The position numbers and the translations under genes were made by a program. Of a stretch of DNA of 64,000 bases, positions 59,941-64,000 are shown in pieces (positions within the stretch are counted from its first letter, which is position 1; each line of letters begins with the position of its first letter). The notes below the pieces were generated by a model. That model made no database searches, was not told the DNA's origin, and saw nothing but the letters and a program-made list of their open reading frames with translations. The stretch comes from Polyangiales bacterium (lineage in GTDB: Bacteria > Myxococcota_A > Polyangia > Polyangiales > Polyangiaceae), in NCBI GenBank assembly GCA_038231275.1, contig JBBRLQ010000005.1:160001-224000 (forward strand). Direction: 5' to 3'.

Positions 59941-60617
59941 GCGCGTGCGCTCGAGCGACGCTCGCCGTCGCGATCGCCCTCGTGCCGGCCGGATGCGCGC
60001 GAAGGACGCCCCTCGGAGCTGGCGCTGCCCTCGACGCGGGCGCAGATCCCGCGATCGGCCATTTTTCTCCCGTCGGACCCGCGAGCGCGTTCGCCCCGGC
60101 GCCTCCTCCGCCGTCGCTCGACGAGGAGGCGGCCTCACCGACGGCGGAAGAAGCCGCGCAGACACCGATGCCTCGCTTCGCGCCGATCGTCCCAAATCCG
60201 TCGATGCGGTCGAAGCTGCCATGCCCGCCGGGGACCACGCTCTCGGTCCTCGAGACGTCCATCGAGTGCCGGCTCATTCGCCCCAAAAACTTGTTCTTCG
60301 CGAGTGAGGGCCCCGCGCTCGCCTTTTACCCGAGCGGCAAGCTCGCCTCCCAGGGGCACCACTCCGCCGGCAAACCGGCGGGGCACTGGTGGTACTTCCG
60401 CGAGGACGGCACGCTCGACTACGAGGTGGACTTCGTGGACGGCGAATGGGACGGCGTCTACGTGCAGTACTGGCCGAGCGGCGCGCGTCACGAGGAGCAC
60501 CACGAGAAGGCCGGAGTCCACGAAGGGCCCGCCAAGATCTGGGACGAGCGCGGCCGGCTCCTCTCGTGGTCCCTGTACGCCGGCGATCACGTCGTGCGCA
60601 CGAAGTCGTTTCGGTGA
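59937..60617 (+). CDS. MORN-variant repeat (YwqK-like) lipoprotein
   Basis: GTGA overlap with the kinase stop; PAGC lipobox; FYPSGKL...YFREDGTL...YWPSGAR...WDERGRL repeats. Confidence 0.78.
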   Translation: MSACARATLAVAIALVPAGCARRTPLGAGAALDAGADPAIGHFSPVGPASAFAPAPPPPSLDEEAASPTAEEAAQTPMPRFAPIVPNPSMRSKLPCPPGTTLSVLETSIECRLIRPKNLFFASEGPALAFYPSGKLASQGHHSAGKPAGHWWYFREDGTLDYEVDFVDGEWDGVYVQYWPSGARHEEHHEKAGVHEGPAKIWDERGRLLSWSLYAGDHVVRTKSFR

Positions 60618-60669
60618 AGTGGAGCGAAGCGCAGCGGAGCAAAGCGCTCCTTGAGCGCGCGCGTCGAAA

Positions 60670-61404
60670 TCAGAAGCGCATGCCGCCGGTCGCGAACAGG
60701 CCGAAGGACGGATCGCCGCCCTTCGTCGCGATGACCAGCTTGGTGTCTCCGCCGACGTAGAAGCTCGATCGCGGGATCGCGTACGTGACGGTGCATCCCG
60801 GCCAGAACGCGAGCGACGTCGACGAGTCGCTCTGGCTCTGGTCGCCTTGGGAGAGCGTGATCATCGAGAGGATCAGCCCGACGCCCCCGTAGGGCCGGAT
60901 CACGACGGGCCCGAGCGGGAGCTCGTAGCCGACCTCGGCGCCGGTGTAGAGGAAGCGCGCGCTCGATCCGCTCTTGCCGCCGGGGCCGTCGCTCTCGTCG
61001 GACGTCCCGAGGTGGAAGACGAACGCCGCGCCGACGTAGAGGTGATTCTCGAACGTGTATCCGCCGCGCGCCCCCATGCCGAGCTTCAACGCGGCCGACG
61101 CGTAGCCGAGGACCGGCGCTACGCTGATCGGCTTCGGCGTCGCGTGCTCCGCGTCTTCGGTGGCGGGAGCGTCGGTCGCAGGGGCGCGCGCCGACGTCAC
61201 GCTCGTCGACGCGGCCTTCGTCTCCGGCTCGCGCTGCGCCTCTGCTTCACGCTCGGTCCGCGCGTCCGTGACGACGACGTCCGACTTCTTCGGCTTCGCC
61301 TCCGCCGCTGGCCGCTTCGAGCTCTTCTTCCCCGCGGCGTGCGCCGTCGGAGCCAAGAGCGCCAGGATCGCCACCACCAAGATGCCCGTCGTCGTGCTTT
61401 TCAT
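60670..61404 (-). CDS. Outer-membrane beta-barrel (8-strand OmpA/OmpW-like) with a low-complexity N-terminus
   Basis: GGAGG RBS, signal AHA|A, GARGGY, GAEVGYE, IRPYGGVG, C-terminal GGMRF. Confidence 0.8.
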   Translation of the reverse strand: MKSTTTGILVVAILALLAPTAHAAGKKSSKRPAAEAKPKKSDVVVTDARTEREAEAQREPETKAASTSVTSARAPATDAPATEDAEHATPKPISVAPVLGYASAALKLGMGARGGYTFENHLYVGAAFVFHLGTSDESDGPGGKSGSSARFLYTGAEVGYELPLGPVVIRPYGGVGLILSMITLSQGDQSQSDSSTSLAFWPGCTVTYAIPRSSFYVGGDTKLVIATKGGDPSFGLFATGGMRF

Positions 61405-61412
61405 GTCGTCCT

Positions 61413-61446
61413 CCGCCGACACGACACGGCGCCGCGCGTTCGTCGC
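61413..61446 (-). promoter_or_regulatory. GCGACG-N12-CGTGTC motif, copy 2 (upstream of the OM barrel gene)
   Basis: Minus strand reads GCGACG AACGCGCGGCGC CGTGTC GTGTCGGCGG. Confidence 0.65.
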
Positions 61447-61481
61447 GCGTCTGCGCGCCTCCGCGAGGTCGATTTATTTTT

Positions 61482-61515
61482 GCGACGCCCGGCGACGCCC
61501 GTGTCTTGTCGCCGG
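61482..61515 (+). promoter_or_regulatory. GCGACG-N12-CGTGTC motif, copy 3 (upstream of the lipoprotein gene)
   Basis: GCGACG CCCGGCGACGCC CGTGTC TTGTCGCCGG. Confidence 0.65.
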
Positions 61516-61552
61516 CCCCGCGAGAACCGCGAGCGGCCAGGAGGAGCTTCCC

Positions 61553-62479
61553 ATGAAAAAGTTTGGTCTTTTGGGCGTTGCGGTCGCGGGCGTGATGGCC
61601 GTGGGTGGGTGCAGCAGCACCAGCAGCAACGGCGGTGGCGTGGGCGGGACGAGCGTGCAGACGAGCGCGGCACGCGCGCGCTTCGCGGGAGGACCCACGG
61701 CGTCGTTCACCGCGGCGAACGGCTCACGCGCGCTCTCGGAGACGAAGCGGCAGCAGACGAGCGGCGCCGACGCGATGAAGAGCAACCCGATCGGCGGTGG
61801 GAGCGGCACCACGACGACCCGAGGCCTCGCGTTTCGTTCGCTCGGGATCCTCGACGTCGACGCCGGCGGCGGCGGCTCCAGCTCGCCGTCCTCGTGCGCG
61901 GACATCGCGGCAGGCAAAGACAAGGGCACCTGCGCGTGCACGGGCGGAGGCAGCCTCGCCTACGACGTCCCCAACCTGAAGGCGCTCACGTCGCAGGCGC
62001 AGGGCGGCGTGATGCCCGACGAGATCAGCATCTCGCTCACGTACCAGGCGTGCTCGATGGACGGGAAGGCGTACGGCGGCGCGATGTCGATGCTCATGAG
62101 CAAGAAGAGCGTCGTCAACGTCGGGACGCCCGTCCCGAGCGGCGTGCCGAGCGGCGCGGGCGGCGCGGGCGGGCTCAATATGCTCATCGTCGCCAACGAT
62201 CTCACCATCGACAGCCAGAAGCTCGACTTCGCCTTCGCGATGGAGGGCGGCGTCTTCTACTACGCGCCGAGCGTGGACGACAAAGGCGCCTTCGTCCTCA
62301 GCGAGCTCTCGTTCACCGGCGGCACGAAGATCCACGCGAAGAACGGCACGTTCGACTGCGCCACCGACGGCAGCGGCGCGCAGCAATGCACGAGCGACAC
62401 CGGCGAGACGATCCCCGTCGACCCCGGCACCGGCGGGGGCACCGTCCCCGCGGACGACGCCGGCCTCGGCGGAGACTGA
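61553..62479 (+). CDS. Hypothetical Gly-rich lipoprotein
   Basis: GGAGGAG RBS; MKKFGLLGVAVAGVMAVGGC lipobox; several Cys pairs. Confidence 0.82.
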   Translation: MKKFGLLGVAVAGVMAVGGCSSTSSNGGGVGGTSVQTSAARARFAGGPTASFTAANGSRALSETKRQQTSGADAMKSNPIGGGSGTTTTRGLAFRSLGILDVDAGGGGSSSPSSCADIAAGKDKGTCACTGGGSLAYDVPNLKALTSQAQGGVMPDEISISLTYQACSMDGKAYGGAMSMLMSKKSVVNVGTPVPSGVPSGAGGAGGLNMLIVANDLTIDSQKLDFAFAMEGGVFYYAPSVDDKGAFVLSELSFTGGTKIHAKNGTFDCATDGSGAQQCTSDTGETIPVDPGTGGGTVPADDAGLGGD

Positions 62480-62571
62480 CCGCAGAGGCGCCACCTCGCG
62501 CGCGCCGAAGAGAGAGCGAGAAACACGCCGACTGCGACGAGCCGTACCCACCCGCGAAGAGGAGTCGTTCC

Positions 62572-64000
62572 ATGCGCTTCATGATCCCCGTCCTCGCTGT
62601 CTTCCCGGTGTTCGCGCTGGCGGCGCCGGGTTGCAGCACCGGCATCGTCGACGATCCCACCGGCCAGGTCGCGGCCACCGTCGACGCGACCTCGCCGTTC
62701 GAACGCAAAGTCATGCTCCTCGTCGTCGATCCGGTCCTCTCGTCGCAGGGCGGACAGCGGCTCACCCAGTACAAGCGGTGGGACAGCCCCACGCCTGCCG
62801 CGCGCGCGCAGCAGCTCGTCGATTGGCTCCGCACGGCGAGCCGGGGGCGCGTCAATTACAAGGTCGTGGAGTCGAACACGAGCGACGCGCTCCCGCCGAA
62901 GGTCGGCGGCTTCATGTACGACGAGGCGACGTACCTCGCGGTGCTCGACGGTCGGGCGCAACACCACGAGCCGGACTGGGCCGACTACATGCCGCTCGTC
63001 ACCGCGTTCGACGTCTGCGGCAAAGCGAACCGCGGAGACATCGACGAGGTCTGGATGTTCGGTGGCCCGTGGATGGGGTTCTACGAGTCGCGCCTCGCGG
63101 GGCCGGGCGCCTTCGACATGAACGGCGCCGTTCTCCTCGGCACGACGTGCCGCCGCATCGTGCCCTTCATGGGGTTCTCGTACGAGGTCGGCCTCGCGAA
63201 CATGGTCCACGACTTCGGCCATCGCACCGAGAGGACGATGATGCACCTCTACGGCAGCTGGGACGAGGACAGCGTCGGCCACGCCTGGGACCGCTTCGGG
63301 CTCGACGTCGCGGAGTCACCGGGGATCGGCCTGAGCGGGTGCGGGCGGATCCATCGCCCCCCGAACTCCGGCGCGGCCGAGGGCATCTACGACAGCGCCG
63401 ACGTCGCGCGATCCTTCTGCGACGATTTTCTCCACTACCCGAACCTGCGCGCGCCCGCCGACGCGGCGGTCCCGATCACGTGCAGCGCATGGGGCTGCAG
63501 CGAGCTCGGCTACTACGCGTACTGGTTCGCGCACCTTCCGCACTTTTCGGGGATGGGGCCGGATGGAAAGGCGAACGATTGGTGGCCCTACATCGCAGAC
63601 TCCAGCACGGCGACCACCGCCGCGCCGCCCGCAGGCTGTCGAACCTTCGACGGCGACGAGCGCACGTGCAGCGCGCGCGCGGGGTGCGCGTTCTACCAAT
63701 GCTCACAGGCCTGCTACCCGCGCGGGACGTCGAACAACCTCGCGTGCGGCGCGCCGCCGCCCCCGTCGCCACCGAATCCTCAGCCCTCGCCGTCTCCAAC
63801 CCCTCCCGCTCCTCCATCGCCGCCGCCACCGCCGCCTCCGCCGGTGAGGTGCCGCGCTCACGACGGGAACGTGGGCGGCTGCGACGCGCAGTCCGGTTGC
63901 GCGTACTACGCGTGCTCGAGCCAGTGCTGGCCGACGGGCACACCGAACGCCACGGCGTGCCCCCCGGCCTGCCGCGCGAACGACGGCAACCTCGCCGCGT
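62572..64000 (+). CDS. Lipoprotein with a zincin-like domain (HDFGH), Pro linker and tandem Cys-rich modules; runs off the window end
   Basis: Manual translation from ATG 62572 (GAGGAG RBS), open to the end: MRFMIPVLAVFPVFALAAPGC...DEVWMFGGPWMGFYESRLAG...MVHDFGHRTE. Not in the ORF track. Confidence 0.82.
   Translation, partial: MRFMIPVLAVFPVFALAAPGCSTGIVDDPTGQVAATVDATSPFERKVMLLVVDPVLSSQGGQRLTQYKRWDSPTPAARAQQLVDWLRTASRGRVNYKVVESNTSDALPPKVGGFMYDEATYLAVLDGRAQHHEPDWADYMPLVTAFDVCGKANRGDIDEVWMFGGPWMGFYESRLAGPGAFDMNGAVLLGTTCRRIVPFMGFSYEVGLANMVHDFGHRTERTMMHLYGSWDEDSVGHAWDRFGLDVAESPGIGLSGCGRIHRPPNSGAAEGIYDSADVARSFCDDFLHYPNLRAPADAAVPITCSAWGCSELGYYAYWFAHLPHFSGMGPDGKANDWWPYIADSSTATTAAPPAGCRTFDGDERTCSARAGCAFYQCSQACYPRGTSNNLACGAPPPPSPPNPQPSPSPTPPAPPSPPPPPPPPVRCRAHDGNVGGCDAQSGCAYYACSSQCWPTGTPNATACPPACRANDGNLAA

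Noticed and set aside
59937..60617. Toxin-antitoxin system (YwqK-like antitoxin)
   Set aside because: MORN-variant repeats are generic and no toxin gene is adjacent; the gene is coupled to the kinase.
62533..62557. Fourth copy of the ECF-like motif (TGCGACG) upstream of 62572
   Set aside because: The second half at 12-nt spacing is CCGCGA, not CGTGTC.

Overview
GC-rich (roughly 70% by eye) bacterial chromosome segment. It is inferred to be myxobacterial (Polyangiaceae/Labilithrix-like) from its many Cys-rich lipoproteins, sigma54-type promoters and ECF sigma + Ser/Thr kinase pair. It holds about 50 genes. Housekeeping and metabolic genes: argC-argJ, msrC-like GAF protein, aldehyde dehydrogenase, LysR + RND efflux pair, aqpZ, Mrp/ApbC (frameshifted), MoxR, a GlcD-like oxidase, astA, a Zn/Mn ABC SBP + ATPase, and ydiJ. 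Also present: a FIST + hybrid histidine kinase pair, a three-gene secreted hydrolase operon, and an envelope thiol-redox cluster (two thioredoxin-fold lipoproteins, a DUF6029-like barrel and a thioredoxin-fused di-heme peroxidase). A tRNA-Val(GAC) carries a collapsed 1.7 kb integrative element (45-bp att repeat, integrase remnant, TIR/NDT-like remnant) followed by a zone of decaying genes. The most notable signal is a motif, GCGACG-N12-CGTGTC, found three times just upstream of the kinase gene and of two neighbouring divergent envelope genes, suggesting a local regulon for the ECF sigma/kinase pair. All family assignments come from motifs recognised by eye; no database searches were run.
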